A DNA stretch of 58,624 nt, filler included, from Sphacelaria rigidula (lineage: Eukaryota), in assembly GCA_964200075.2 (NCBI GenBank). It is 4 parts of 4 records of this genome, joined end to end, with 100 filler letters (N's around TTAATTAATTAA, not from the genome) between each part and the next. Parts side by side here need not be neighbours in the genome. Positions count along the whole stretch, not along the records: positions 29,365 to 43,944 come from CAXNAA020002166.1; positions 44,045 to 58,624 come from CAXNAA020002167.1; 2 more parts are not named here. The stretch is one strand, 5' to 3'. Positions 35,193-49,065 of the stretch are shown here, in pieces. The position numbers were made by a program, and so were the translations under genes. Numbering within the stretch: position 1 is the stretch's first letter; each line of letters opens with the position of its first letter. The notes under the pieces are model-generated. The model made no database searches, was not told the DNA's origin, and worked only from the letters and a program-made list of their open reading frames with translations.

Positions 35193-38100
35193 ATGTCTGA
35201 TGTCAACCGCCCTTCGACTTCAACTGAGCACGATGTGACCAAGGATCGTGCGCTTCCTTCAGACAGGGATAAAACAACCGTAAAGTCACCCATCCATAGT
35301 AAGACGGTTGACAACAATGAACCGGAACGTTATAATGTCGATGAGAGCGTTGTTGCAGGACACATTTCCTAGGGCGTGGCAGCAGATTTGGATGGGGACC
35401 GTAGTCCTCCTGTCCATGCTCCCCCCACCGCCCTTCGTGCATATATCACTGCACATCAACCAGCCACTCAAAGCGCTGACGGTGTTTCCACTTTTATTTC
35501 TCGAATCGCATCCCCCCACGGGAGCCCTAATGCTATGGGGACCCTTCCTGATGATAACCTCCGCACCCAAACTGGTGCTGAACTCTGTACCCCCCCCCAC
35601 TCCGGCTGTTGACGACCAGCCCAAGTCGGCGAAATCTCCGCCCACGCTTACCACGAACGAAGTACGTGACGAAGCAAATTCCCAACTCAGCCAGACTTGC
35701 CCAATCTTCATTCCCAGCCAACATTGGTAAAATGTTTCTGTGCCTGAACAAACTGCGTGCTGGGACCAGATTCTGTACAACGTCCTTCTAGCACAAATGA
35801 ACGTATGAAAAGGGGGTCAGAATTTGCCCGCCTAGCCGCGGGTCAACGTGAGGGTTTCACACCGTAAGACGGATGTCCATTGCCAGAAACTACCAACGGA
35901 ACAGAGCAACGAGGACAGTGCGACACGCCAAACCAAGAATACTCTGGAAATCGCGGAGGGAGAATATAACCTGGCCGCTCAAAAACACTCAGATGCTGAG
36001 AAACAAATTTCATAATGTTTGCAAACCTGGCAATCATGCCGCGTTCGTACCGTGGCCTCCAAATGGCCGACTCTAGCGGTGACCAACACCGCTCCACACG
36101 AGGCAACCGATCTGACGGTACCGTCAATCGCCACCCTTCCTCAACAAGTCACAGCACCGCACCTTGAGGCCCGGACCGCTAAAATTGTTCATCGCTTGCC
36201 CTTACCTGACCCGGCACACTTTCAACCACATGCACCGGCCCAATCACAACGCGGTAGACGTTCACACATGATTGGACCCAGTGCTGCGGCTGAACCCTGC
36301 CAGGACAGTACCCACACCACCAACACTGATGCTGACCGCACAAGTTGACAACGTTTTGGGAACGTTCTACGAACTCCGGCGATTCCAAAACGCATACAGA
36401 GGGGTAACCTAGGAAGCGTGGCTGAGCCCGAAATCTGGGCGCCGCCACCTGCCCGTTCATATTATGCTTCTGACGACCGTTCATTCCTCATTCGTGGGCA
36501 CAACCCCATAATCAGGGACGAACGATTGCCGGTAACTCGCCGCAAAAGAACCCAACACTTTTCTTTCGTTCGGCCAAGTCACACACATCACACGCGTGAA
36601 TCGACGGCGGCCGCCGCGGGTTCAACCATGTGGTGTGGATTCCCTGAGCATGCTGAAACTGCTTGATGAGTTCCATGACAGCCGATGCCCGTGCACCATT
36701 GCATGGCTATAAATTGAGACGTGACCAACCCCAGCGTTTTAATCCTTGAATTGATCACCTACTCTTACATTTACCAGGTACTCATCATATTCAATCGCAT
36801 AATTTCTTTTTGTGGGATGAGAAGTCATGTAGTGCAGTTTCTAACGCAACCGGAGCCGAAATACCTTCTGATGCGGTAGGCCCTGCCCCTTCGACCGTCC
36901 ATCGTAGGATACCAAATTAAAAGTCATACACTAAAGCACCCCCCAGCTGCTTGAGTGCCCGGCTAGCCACCCTCCCTAGCTCCGCAAAAACTACGGTACC
37001 TGGTTCCCTTTTATTTGATGAGCGTGATAATTCCTTGAAGGGTCGCAACCGCAAAGAACCCTTGCTATCCGTCGCTCAGCAGGTTGGAATGGAACCTGTA
37101 ATGCGTGAGAGGACCGCGTGCTTAGAGGATTGCGCCGTAGTTCAAAACACCTGATGATCGATGATTTTCAAAACCAACCGAGCCAGTCCCTGTAGGTACC
37201 AAGCCCCTGATCATAACCTCAAGACTAACCCTAGGCGGGTTCCTCCAGATGATCATGTAGACAATCCTGAAGTGGCAAGAGCGCGTGAACTCCAAGAAAG
37301 CGATCACGTGTTGGCTCAACCAAATGAAAACCCTCGAGTGGAACAGACCGGTACCCCCCATATTTCGAACAGATCATTACTGCTCCCTATCCACCCCTCG
37401 TGCACTACGTTAGACCCAATTTCCGATGAAGCGTCGCCATCTGTAGGGGCAGAAACTTTGCTAAATCATGGACGTTCGCATCCTATTCATGAAGCATCGC
37501 CTCTCCGTTGCAGTATATGAAATCTAACCCTCGACTGTTGAGAAAAATATTCCAGCCACAAACGGACACTCCATGCACGCACCATCCTTCCGACCAAAGC
37601 TTTGTTCCGCAGGATCACCAACGTGTGTATTTCAGCACCAACGTTCAAAACGCAAAGCAAGATGTGTCAGATATCTTGCCCTACTTCGGGCCCGATCTCG
37701 TCAGTGGTACTGCAACTATCGATGACGCTTCTGTCACAACCAAGATAGGTTTTTCGTCGTGAAGTGCGTGCAAATTGTCATTTGATAGCTCCTGCACTAC
37801 CAGATTCAGGTTCGCCTCAAACGTTCACAACAGCCAGCTGCTGGCAACAACTGATCATTGCGGGAGCGACGGACGAGCATTATCTTTCCACCGTGCACCC
37901 TGGTGTTTTCGGCGGATTTGGTTCCTCCACATCACTCACGGTTAATCAATCGGTGAGACTGCGTGTACATATCTCTTCCAAGATACTACTCCCACCGCTC
38001 GGTTATCCGTATGAGCACTAATAATTGTGCCCGATGGTTTCATGTCTTTTGATGTTTTATTGGGTCGAGAGAGTTGGCTTCGTTTCTTCACACACACGTG

Positions 38101-41100
38101 TACGTCGAACAAACCTGTTCCGAACCGTCCAGATACAGGCAAACTGTCACTGGGTCACGTCGATACTGATTCGGGCACTCATGCCTGCAAGGATGACTCT
38201 ACACAAACAGGTAATGCTTTCCGTCTGTACTATGTTGGTGAACTTGCACTTTCGCTTTCTCGTGAACCCCAACCTATCCATGTGAACCTCGTGAGACGCA
38301 ATGGATCGCCCGCCCCCACAGGACTTTATTTGGTCGAATTGCTCAAACCTGATCAATCACAGGTTGGTCTATTCGAACAGACCGAAGTGTTCGTTCATGA
38401 AAGCCGGCGGGCCATTGACGTCACGTCCCCCACATGTTTCGACATACTCCACGGACTGTTGTTGGATTATGCTAGAACGCCTCTCCTACGAACTTCCCTG
38501 TCAGGTGTGTGCCCCCCTGCGGAAACGAACTTGACAACCGACACCCCGACAACCACGGGCCCACCTCCGCTACACATGCCTGATCCTATGGTGGTGACAA
38601 ATCCACCAGATGCGCCTGAACCTAAACCCTCAACTGCATTACTGGACAGATTATCCCCAGAACAACGTGCCATTTCCCAAACGTTGTGGGATGACATCCC
38701 CCCTCATTTGCGGCATACTGTTTTTGATTTATCTGGTGATGCTTGGACACCCACTGTAATCGATAGACTGAGATCCATCTTGATTAGACATTTTGAACGG
38801 TTTTCTACTGCACCTCAGATTCAGGAACCACGACACCGCTCGAAACCAAAATCCCGGATGGCAATCCACCTATCGCTATGCGTCCGTACCGTACGATCCT
38901 CCTCTAAGCGGAAAAGATCAAGGTAATTCTTGACGGTTACTTGTCCGTCGGTTAAATTCGGCTCTCGACGTCTCCGTGGGCCTCGCGTAGAAGTCGTCTG
39001 CAAGAAGGATGGCAAAATCAGACTGACGGTCAGTTATCAACGATTGAACGCTGTCACCAAAATCGCCCGTTTGCCTCTTCCACGTACGGATTCCATTATT
39101 GACTCTCTTGGCGGGGGTGAAGTATTTTCGAGCTTTGACATGCAGTCCAGCTACCATCAACTCGTGATGGATCCGAATTCCGTTGAGCGGACGGCGTTCG
39201 GCACGCCATCAGGTTTGTACGAGTGGCTGGGGACACCATAAGGTGCCGCCGGAGCCCCAGGGGCGTTTCAACGTGTGGTGTTCCGTGTGAGTGATGGATT
39301 GCCCAAATGCCATATGTACCTTGACGATGCGGTGCGCCACGATTGCACACCGGCCGAACACATCGAACAATTGGCATAATTCTTTGGTCGGTGCTGGGCA
39401 GTTTGCAACCTCAATCGTTGTACTTAGTTTTTTGGAATGGAAAGCCTACGAATATTGTTAGCTATGATCATTTTCGTGCATGTGGCAAACGCATTGTTTT
39501 CGCAGGAGGTATAGAACCTTCTTTTACTGACTCCGTTTTACCAGTTCAAGTTCGAGATTTCATCTCGAGTAGAACTCATGGACGGACTAATGCCGAGATA
39601 GCCCCCCCACAAAAGTGCACCGGAGACCATCTGACAAACCGGCTGCGATCCCACTATTGGGCTCGTTTCCAGCGATTTTGCCCACATGAGAGGCGTGTAG
39701 CAGTCTGAAATCAGCTATAACGCCCAAATGAGCCGCGTTGTGCAGCGCGAAGCCAGCTCTAACGGCATTTTTGATCATCGCCTCCGTGCATGTTTTTGGC
39801 CGGTTCGGGGGGGGGCTATCTCGGCAGCAGTCGACGATGGATCACCGACACGGCCGCCAAAGAAGCCGTATCCGGTCCTGGCCTTCTTCTCTCTGCCCCA
39901 ATCCCGGTCACCGGTCATTTCATTGCGCCTCCCCAACGTCCACGATGTAAGGCCCCAAGAAAATCGTCCCCGACCGTGCCTCCCCTGCCAATAATAGCCG
40001 AAACCACGGGTGTGCCCCCCTCCGTTAGTGATGGTGTTAACAACACCACCATACCGCCCACCACGCTAATGGACGCAGGAGTAGACGTTAACGTTCCGCC
40101 TGAAAATAGACTACCTGGTGAGCTCACCCCTGATTCCGATATCACCGCTTCGTGTTACCTCCAGCCTGACCCGACCAAAGGCAAAGTAGATCCTTTAACA
40201 GATAGATGGCGTATTGAAGAAACGTTTTACTCTCTTCTCCCACGCCGATTGGGCCCAGGAACAGTAAGCAGAACCTGCTTGTAAATCGGCTATCCATCAT
40301 CTCTCCGCAGGTTGTCCATGTCCATTCTCAGAACCCGAAATTGTTTTTGCCCGCCGGGAACCAAAGCCCCCACACAAGATGGACTTTCTGAACTTTCGCG
40401 AAAATGTATGCTGTATATGGATGATAATGGTGTCGTTTTTTCAGTTCGCCGGCCCACAGCGGCCCTCCCCTGGGGGAAGCCTACAAGTCCGCATGCCCGC
40501 TTGCTAGGTGATGAACCCATCCGAATTTATGTCCTGATGCTCCTGCGCCCATGGGTTCTTCACGGATGCCATTCGCAGGCATCAACTCATTTGGGCGCCA
40601 ATAGGACCTCCCAGATGCTTGAACGTTTCTATTATTGGTGAATTTGTATGGATCAGTGTACTCGTTGGTGGGTTCGGCGTTGTCTAGTGTGCCCATCGCG
40701 CAAGACTTCACATCTAACAGTTCGTTGGCCGATTGTTTCCATGCCACTCCCAAACGGACCTGGTACAGTAGTTTCGTGGGTAATTTTGGCCCTTCGCACC
40801 TGACGGAGAGTGGTGATAAGTACATTTTGTTGTTCACATATCGATTTAGTCAACATGCGGTAATGCACGCTGTCCCGGCCAGTAGCCATAACGCGGAAGG
40901 TGCCGCCAACATTCTTGTATGCACGTACATCCCAGAGTGGGGTGTGCCCAAACGATTACTGTCCTGTAACAACCCGCATTTTTCAGGCAAACTTTCGGCG
41001 GCAGCTAGTGACCTCTTGGGTATCCACAGTAGTTTTACTAGTTCGTATGACCCTTGTACCTACGGTGGAACGGAACGAGCGAACCATACGACGGCACGAG

Positions 41101-42610
41101 TGCTTGCTGCCGTGGCGAATGAACGACAGATGGACTGAGATCTGCATCTGCCCCTTGTCCAAATGAACCTTAACAGTTCAGTCAATGCCGCTACGGGAGG
41201 CAAAATCTTCACGTAAATCGAAATTAGAAAAGCCGAGCACAACGAGAAGCTGGGAATTCCCACACTTGGGTTCGTTCTAGCCAATATCGCCAATATGAGG
41301 CGCTTCATGTAGCCTGAACCCGAACAGCAGGCGTTGTATGGTCATTTGTTTAATGACATTTTTAGCTGGTTTTGGGGGGGGGGCATCGTAGAAAGTGTCA
41401 TGCCCTGGTTACCTTTGACGGTGTTCGAACGCAGAAATACCGGCGAACACCAGAGTCTGAATCGTAATGTTGTGGGGTATCATTTGTCGGTGAGCATTCG
41501 TCTTCGTCTTGCATATGATATGGTACAAGAACAGAAACAAATCAATTTGGCCAAGGTGGCCAGCGCGAACTCGGTGTTGGATGATGTGGTACATGAGCTC
41601 CCGGTGTGGACGGTTAGCCGATGGGCATGGGTGTATAACGATGTGAAGGCCATCAATAAAGGGGCTAGCTCAAAGACATCCTCTTTGGACACGGTGTTGA
41701 AAGCAAAACTTTCCTTGAATTGAACTGGTCCTTGGGAAATTTTGGCTGTTGGTCCAAGCGCTACCGCACCCGACAAAAGTCCGGTGGGAGCAAAACGTTT
41801 GTATCTCGATTTACCTACTACGCATGAACCTGGCATGAAACCGAAAAGCCGCGTCTCGATGCTACAGTGCAAACCGTGTCTTCCTACTGATGAGTGCTCT
41901 GATATGCCCAAACAACTCCCGTTGGGGCTCAGCCAGAATTTGTTGATCAAATATGCGATCAAAACTTCGCCGTAACATATGACGGTCGAGGATCCGGACG
42001 CACCCCTGGAACGTGTTGCGGTAGATCGGACTTAGGACCATCAACTGGTCCGCGGCCGTGGTGGTAAGATAGCGGTAATATATCAAACACATTGGAAGGG
42101 TATTATGCGTGGTACATGGTAGCGTGAAATTGATTAGCGTCACTTTCGTCGGGATATATTGCTGTACTGGGTAGGAGAGGCCGTCCAACACCGCCTGTTG
42201 AGTGAGGGACAAAGGTCAATGCGCATGGGAGCTGCCGCTCGGGAACTGGCACGTGAGCACTCTGCGCGGTTTGTCGTAGCAGGATATAGTCCACTTTCGC
42301 AATCACAATACATGCAGTCTTTTCGCGGACAGCGTTTGTCGAAGGGGGCGTATTTCTTATATAAGGTTTGGATTCACTGTGGTGGTTGGGTAAGAACCAT
42401 TTGGTCGATCCTGCATCTGACAACTCCTATTTCATCCGTTTCCTTTATGACCCGAATCCCTTTAAGATTCGTTTGGATCATGCCTACTACACTGAGGTGC
42501 CGACCGCTCGCCGTGGATCCTGGTGCCTCCAATGTCACGACCAAGGCGATCTCGACACAGCCGTTCTTCGCAACACGGACACCGCTTGGAATGCAGAAGA
42601 CTCATGATGC
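35193..42610 (+). pseudogene. Decayed Ty3/Gypsy gag-pol
   Basis: Degenerate knuckle xMWCGFPEHAETA* (~36625-36666), protease PDSGS (~37800) and FDVLLGRESW, RT KKDGKIRL..FSSFD..TAF..YLDD (39317), integrase H..H..CLVC and GGTERANH, WTGPW-like, chromo-like HQLVRGRGGK..YQTHWKG. Many stops and frameshifts. Confidence 0.9.
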
Positions 42611-42991
42611 CGCATCCGAGTCTGCTTCCCCATTCACCTTACGTAGTGTACCATGTTCGAATCGCGTGTCTAGCGCCGTAGCGTCGTTGGAGAACCATGT
42701 GCCCTTCCCCTTCATTTTGTTTTGGAATTATCGAGCCTCCATTCCACGAGTGGCGGTCCGATTTCCATTTTTTACCTTGTATTTTGTGTTTGGCTTTTGT
42801 GTTTTCAGTTTGAATTTGGATTTTGTCTTATTATTTTGTTTTGTTTTGTTTTGTTTTTGCTTTTTCGTTTCGTGTTTGGGAATTTTGTTGTGTGTTTAAC
42901 AATGTTTTTTTTTGTTATTTCTGGGTTCATATATCGGAGTACCGTGACGACCGTCCCACCGACATTCCCGACCCGACTGCTGCCGAGATAG

Positions 42992-43400
42992 ACCCCCCTC
43001 CCCTCACCTCTAGACTCATGGGTTGGCGTCGAGTGGCAACGGCGCTGTAAAACAAGCCACCAACCCTAGACAAATGTACAGACTGTCACCGTACATGTAC
43101 CGGGGACCGCCACTAGAAACAAAAGTCCCGGACCGACGGACGCAACATTAAAAATAAATGAACAACCCAATGGTTTTCCCCCCCGAAACACATTTTATTT
43201 AACCTACCATAACACAGCCCGGACATAGACATGGGAAAGAAAAACTACCCATCTCTTTTCTTGACCCTACTTTTACACACCCCGGACATAGACATGAAAA
43301 AAAGAAGCTAACCCTCCTTTTTATTTAACCTACAATAACACAGCCCGGACATAGACATGGAATAGAGGAGCTAACCCTCATTTTTCTTCAACTTGGGTAC
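42992..43400 (+). mobile_element. TE end with ~65-bp tandem subrepeats (copy 1)
   Basis: Reverse complement of ~45880-46358. CAC(A/C)(G)CCCGGACATAGACATG occurs three times. Confidence 0.8.
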
Positions 43401-43428
43401 GTCTATGATGTGACCACGGCTAAGAATA

Positions 43429-43713
43429 TTTTCGTAAGATTGAGAGTAAAGGATACGATTGAGACTGACAAGCGGTCAATTCGTGAATGACTCTTTCAGT
43501 CCCGAAATATCCCTCCATGAGGTCCGATATTATTTCTGAAGTAGCTTGCCACTGAGGCGCCTGCTATCCTTGAGTAGGATATCGACGTGCAGCTGTAAGG
43601 AACATGGCAGTGATGAAGGAAAAGAAAAGCACACACGGAATAAAAAAACGGCTAAGTTAAAGCGAATTATCAAGCCACTCTCAATCCGCGCTCTACTCTC
43701 AATCTCACGAAAA
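43429..43713. mobile_element. ~285-bp MITE (family of 7574-8124)
   Basis: TTTTCGTAAGATTGAGAGT...ACTCTCAATCTCACGAAAA. Internal sequence matches 7873-8124. Confidence 0.85.
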
Positions 43714-43944
43714 CGTTGATGACTGCTGGATCCCTGGGGGGTCTGTGATGGTATATGACTGAGGGATTGAATTAAAACTAGTCTCCTTGTGGATATGCAG
43801 ATGGTCCCAGAAACGACCAGCGGGTATGGAAGGATTCTAGTCGAATGTGTGTTTATATTACTGCCGCCGTGTGTTGAGTGGAAAGGATTGTACCCGAATG
43901 GCTGCGTGTACCTGCCGTTACTACAGCTTTTGATTGGCTTGGGG

Positions 43945-44044
43945 NNNNNNNNNNNNNNNNNNNNNNNNNNNNNNNNNNNNNNNNNNNNTTAATTAATTAA
44001 NNNNNNNNNNNNNNNNNNNNNNNNNNNNNNNNNNNNNNNNNNNN
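43945..44044. other. Artificial 100-nt contig spacer
   Basis: N44-TTAATTAATTAA-N44. Confidence 0.97.
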
Positions 44045-45879
44045 TCATTCGTTCCCCGCTCTCCTGGTACCCTTAGCCATATGCTCTCGTCGAATTTCGT
44101 GTCGTCGATCACTTCTATACTGTCACACAGATATTCCTTGACCAAGAATCGTACTCCCCCCGCTCCCCTGCTCTTGTCCTTCTGTCCCTTCCGCTTTTTC
44201 CCTATCGATGCGTACTCTTCAACTTTGCATCCTCTTTCCGCCCCCTCTTTCTCCCATGACTCTTGTATTCCTGATTAATCTAGGTCGTGTTTACTCACTT
44301 GTTGCGCTATCTCTTCTCTTTTGCGCCTCTTTGTGACGAATCCTCGTATGTTTCACGATCCTATATCCTTAGTTTCCTTTCCGAATCACTATCTGCTCTG
44401 ATGTTGTTTACTGTTCTCTCTCCGTCGCTTTTGCTTTTACTTTCCCTCGCTTGGTTGTTCTTCCCGTTTCTGCGTTAGTCTTCGTCAATTTGCTTCGTGC
44501 CTTCATGTCTCCTCCCATGCCCCTTCCGGACACTCACCTGTTCCTGCCTCTCTCCCCCTCCGTTTTCCCGAGGACTACGTCCTTGGTTTGTTGTTCCATT
44601 AGCTGTGCATACTTTCCACCCTATTCTTCTAACCCATGCCGACACCTGACGTGTCTCTATCCTTTCCCACTCCTTGCTCGCGCTCTGTTTTAGCGTGACT
44701 CGGAAGTGTTTTCCCTCCCTTTCTACGGTTCCTCTTGCCAAACAATATAGTCCAACTCCATTGCAATTCCTTTTAAACTCTGTTCTTGTCATGTTGCTAC
44801 GATCTCCGAATACCAGCACTACTACTACCTTACCCGTCCACTCTTTACTTCTCCCTCCGCCCTTCCTTACCGTCTCTCTCTCTCTCGATCTCTTTCGAGA
44901 GAATCTTCAGCTTGTTCGTTTTGATTGTGGTGGTGGGATGTAGTCAGCGTACTGGGACATCCCAATCCTAGTTCTCGCTGGAGGTCTGGTGTCTTCCAGT
45001 TATTTTGCTGGCTCACCGACACAAAATAATGCCTCCAACACAAGCTGGTGGCCTGCAGTCAAGTTCAACACCTTTGACACGAGTACCCCACGTTTGTGCC
45101 AGGCGATCTTCATGGTAAACCATCCAGGCGTCCCACGATCGTATATTTTATCTTCTTGCCCCTCTGCTGCACTGGCTCCTTTCCTCCATAGAGGTCATTT
45201 TCACCGTATAAGGTTCAAGGACGGCTTGCATAACACAAGTCCTCACTTACATCGGGATGCCCCGTACATCACTTTTCCCACTCCGTGTACGGTGCACCAT
45301 GGGTCGCCACTCAACTGATGCTTCCGAGTAGACCTTCGCTGCCGAAAGCTTGGCCAACAGTTCCCCCGCACACTTTGTACCAGCTAGCTTCTATCCTTCA
45401 AGATCTCAAGAAGTCCACGTACCACTGGGTGCTCCTTCTTGTAGGTCATGTGGTCGGTCATCGGTAAGGTGTTTGTTTCATGAGTGTAGTAGGTCTCGAC
45501 GCTTACGTCATGCATTGTCCACCCCTTCCCTCCATTATTGGGCGACTTTTGCACCTAATGTCGGGAATTTCTTGAAATGACTGACCAGACTTCCACCGCC
45601 CAATGGAAACTGCTAAGGTTTTACGGGTATCTCACCACAAGACCCCAACCTCCATGCGACTTTGACATGGAGGGGGTGATGACCCTACCCTATCTGAAAT
45701 TGTTTAATCTTTTGTATTTTTCATCTGCATGTAAGGTGGTCAACCTTCACGCTATTGCTTACATGTCTAGGTTCTGGCTTTTATTCTTGTCTTACGTTTG
45801 TTATGATATGGGGGACAATCTCGGCTGTTTTCGAAATTGATACAGTATGGGAAGGTAAATATGTTATTTTTCGCTATTC

Positions 45880-46358
45880 CACGTTCATGTTCGGGCTGTG
45901 CTTTGATTGGTAGGTTAAATAAAAGGAGAGTCAGCTTCTTTATTTCATATCTATGTCCGGACTGTGTTATGGTATTGTAGGTTGAAGGAAAAGGAGGGCT
46001 AGCTTCTTAATTTCATGCCCATGTCCGGGCTGCACTATGGTAGGTTAAATAAAAAGGAGAGTCGGCCTCTTTATTTTCACGTCTTTGTCCGGGCTGTGAT
46101 ATGGTATCGGAGAAAAAAAAATGTATTGTATGTCACGTCTACTATATCCATTTTTTGTGTGTTTCGGGGGGGAAACAAATCGGGTTACTCAGGTTTTTGC
46201 ATGTTTGTTGTGTCCTTTGGTCCGGGACTTTCTTCGTTCGGTGGCGATCCTTGGTATTTGTACGGTGACAGTCAATACATGTCTAGGTTTTGGTGGCTTG
46301 TTTTACAGCTCCGTTGCCAGTCGACGCCAACCCAAGAGTCTAGAGGTTGGGGGGGGGT
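45880..46358 (-). mobile_element. TE end with ~65-bp tandem subrepeats (copy 2)
   Basis: Four ATGTCCGGGCTGTG-like units. Ends TCGACGCCAACCCAAGAGTCTAGAGGTTGGGGGGGG. Confidence 0.8.
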
Positions 46359-48179
46359 ACATCATGTCCGGAAAATTTCCCCGCGCTGCCCCCTGTCTCG
46401 ATTAAAAAAATCTATGAGAAGGAAACGTTGACGATTCATCGCTAGTTTTCGCCGGAGTACAGTACAGTGGTACGGGGCATACTGCTAGGACGTGCACACC
46501 GTCTTTCGGCGCTTAAGAAACACTCGTTGCAGAAGAGCTCAATGTATCGGTACGATTCACATCAGCGAAGGATTTCCTGCATATTCATTCCCCTCTATCA
46601 CTATTGCATCCGACCCGATTCAGCCTGATCAGACCTGCCATTGTACTGTACCGAATACTTGGCTATGAACGCCTCCTAGTCTCATGACATTCCTGGCAAT
46701 CTGCAGGTGTTGTTGTGTTGTCTATCCGTTTTTACTGAGAATGAAGCTCACTCCAGTACAAGTTGGTATTGATGCTCATCTGCTCATACTTTTTTCCGTG
46801 CGGTCGTGTTGAATGTGGACATCGTAATACAGTAGGTTATTACATCGGGTGTGATTTGGGTTTCACCGGACGGACACTTTTCCCCCTGTAAATATGATCA
46901 ACAGGTAATCATAAAAGCTAAGTCTATGGTGATGACGAAAAAAGCGAAAGTACTTCGCGGATAGTCGACTTCGCGATGTTTGGTAGGTGCAGTTCGCCGC
47001 TGCCGGCTTCGGAATCATGGTACTGGTGTGTTCAAGAGTTGTGGACCGCCTTGTGAATATTGTGGCAACTCGGTGAGTGCACTAATGTCGTGAAGTTACT
47101 ATTTATATCCAGTTTTACATATCCTCAGCTTGTGCGTGTGGGGATAAATACGGACCCAGGTAGTCACGAAACGAATCACTCCTCCCTTCCGAGACAGGTT
47201 CGATAGCACAGACATCACATCGGCCGCTGATCTCGTCGTGCAGAGGCTGTACAACCACTAGCCGTTCGCTCTGATTGGTCTTGCTCACTCTCGCCTCCCC
47301 GGTTACCGCTCAAAATTCAGCTAGCAGAAGGAATTGACTGCGAAGCTTTCCGAGTAAAAACCCTACCCAACACTCACCTACCTAGACGCGGTATAATTCT
47401 ACAAGAATACTCTCAACCTCGATCAGCCGGCGACGGACGAACAAACGCTCTGCCCCAATCGATCTTGTTCACTTGTCTATTTTTATACATGCACTCTTTT
47501 CTACGTGGGAGCTATCCTTGGTCTTCATTCACTGAGCTTGGATTTTCTCTCTTTCCAGTTGAAACAGCCGAAAAAGATTCGAGTACTGACTGTGGGTGAT
47601 GATCTGCGCTTGTGTACGACGGACGTACTTGACCGAGTGTACGACTGAGGCAGGAGGCAAGACCTGTTTTGAGCGCGACGCCATTTTCGGAACAATATCG
47701 CCGGCTGACCGTCCCGGCGAAACTGGGGAGAGAGGGGGGGAGGGATCGGGATCGTATGTGAAACATACTGATACCAATATATATATCACGGGCGGGGGGC
47801 GGGGGGGGGAAATTGCACCCAAAACTGGCCCCCCTGTTTTTACTCGCAAGTATTGGTTGAGTTTTTGCCTTGCCTTGCAACTTGGACGATGTTCCCTTCT
47901 GTAGCTCTCTTATTCGTTCGTACTTTTCCTTGTTCATGGATCCTCAACCTCCTGCCTTTCCTCATGTTTTGCTTTCTCTTTCTCCTTCTCTTTCCTTGTT
48001 GAAGCCGTAGTAACATGTTTGGGGCTCGCCCCTGCTTCCACGGCCTTGGTTTTCGTATGGCCACCGTATTGTAATCCCGCGAGAGACCCCGGGGAAAGTT
48101 CGCGCAGGGGCATTTTTGCCGACGACAATTTTTTTCGGCAAGAAAAGTTGCCGATAATAAAGGGCGTGCCTTCGCACCT

Positions 48180-49065
48180 TTTTTTTTTATCGAAAAAGTG
48201 CGGTCGATTTTTTTTGCCGATCTGATAGGTCCATCGCATTTATGTTCCTTGGAGGCTTCAACTCAAAATTGTAATCAGCGGCGCGCGGAGAAGAATGCAA
48301 CGAGGCGAAAAACAATCGTTTTCGATCGAAAACATGTGGTAGGAAGTCGGAAGGCACGAAGCGGCACTTGACCCCTATCTTGAAGACCACCATGCCAAAT
48401 AACACCTGTTCACATGATCATGCAAACTCCATCCGACTCATTCTCAGCTACCACCGCAACCCTGCAGCATAGAGCACGAGTCGAGCCCAGGCATAGATAC
48501 ACTGAAGTAGTCGCGGGTGTGCGTTGTTTATTTTTTGTTGGCGAAAAGTTGCGCATCTTCTCTCATGGTGGGCATCAGCGACGTAACTGCGTGGTACGGT
48601 GGGCAAACGAGTTGCGTGCACACACATGTACAGTGCAGGCAGTACAAAGCTGCACGTTGCTGAAGTCATTTTCACGTCGCATTGTAAGCAGACTGATAGT
48701 TCTGGGCTGTCCGCACTGCACGTCGCCCGCTTCTCCTTTACACCCCCCTGCACGCAACACGCACACACGCACCCAAGACACCCTGCTTGCAAGCAGTGCA
48801 GACAGTACAGACTGTTTGTACTACTGTACACGAGTGACCATGTACCGTTCCACGAATTTCTCTGTCCTTTTTTCGATCAAAAGCTTGAAAATCCATCTGA
48901 ACCCAACTGCATCAAACCGAGAATTTTTCGCTCAAATCGATTCCACCGCCCCCATTTTTTCGATCGAAAAGAAAAGTGCGAAGACAGGACCTCAGGTCGT
49001 GTCTTAGCACATCGTTTTTCGATCGAAAAAATGGGGGCGGTGGAAAACAAAAATCCTGATCTGAT
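48180..49065. mobile_element. TE remnant with dispersed palindromic TTTTCGATCGAAAA motifs
   Basis: Motif or close variant near 48187, 48319, 48870, 48957 and 49016. CCACCGCCCCCATTTTTTCGATCGAAAA pairs with TTTTCGATCGAAAAATGGGGGCGGTGG. Confidence 0.55.

Noticed and set aside
44045..45600. LINE remnant or hydrophobic ORFs
   Set aside because: CT-rich biased sequence with no RT or endonuclease motif that I could identify.
42992..46358. Single 3.4-kb element with long TIRs
   Set aside because: The two inverted copies lie on different contigs separated by an artificial spacer.
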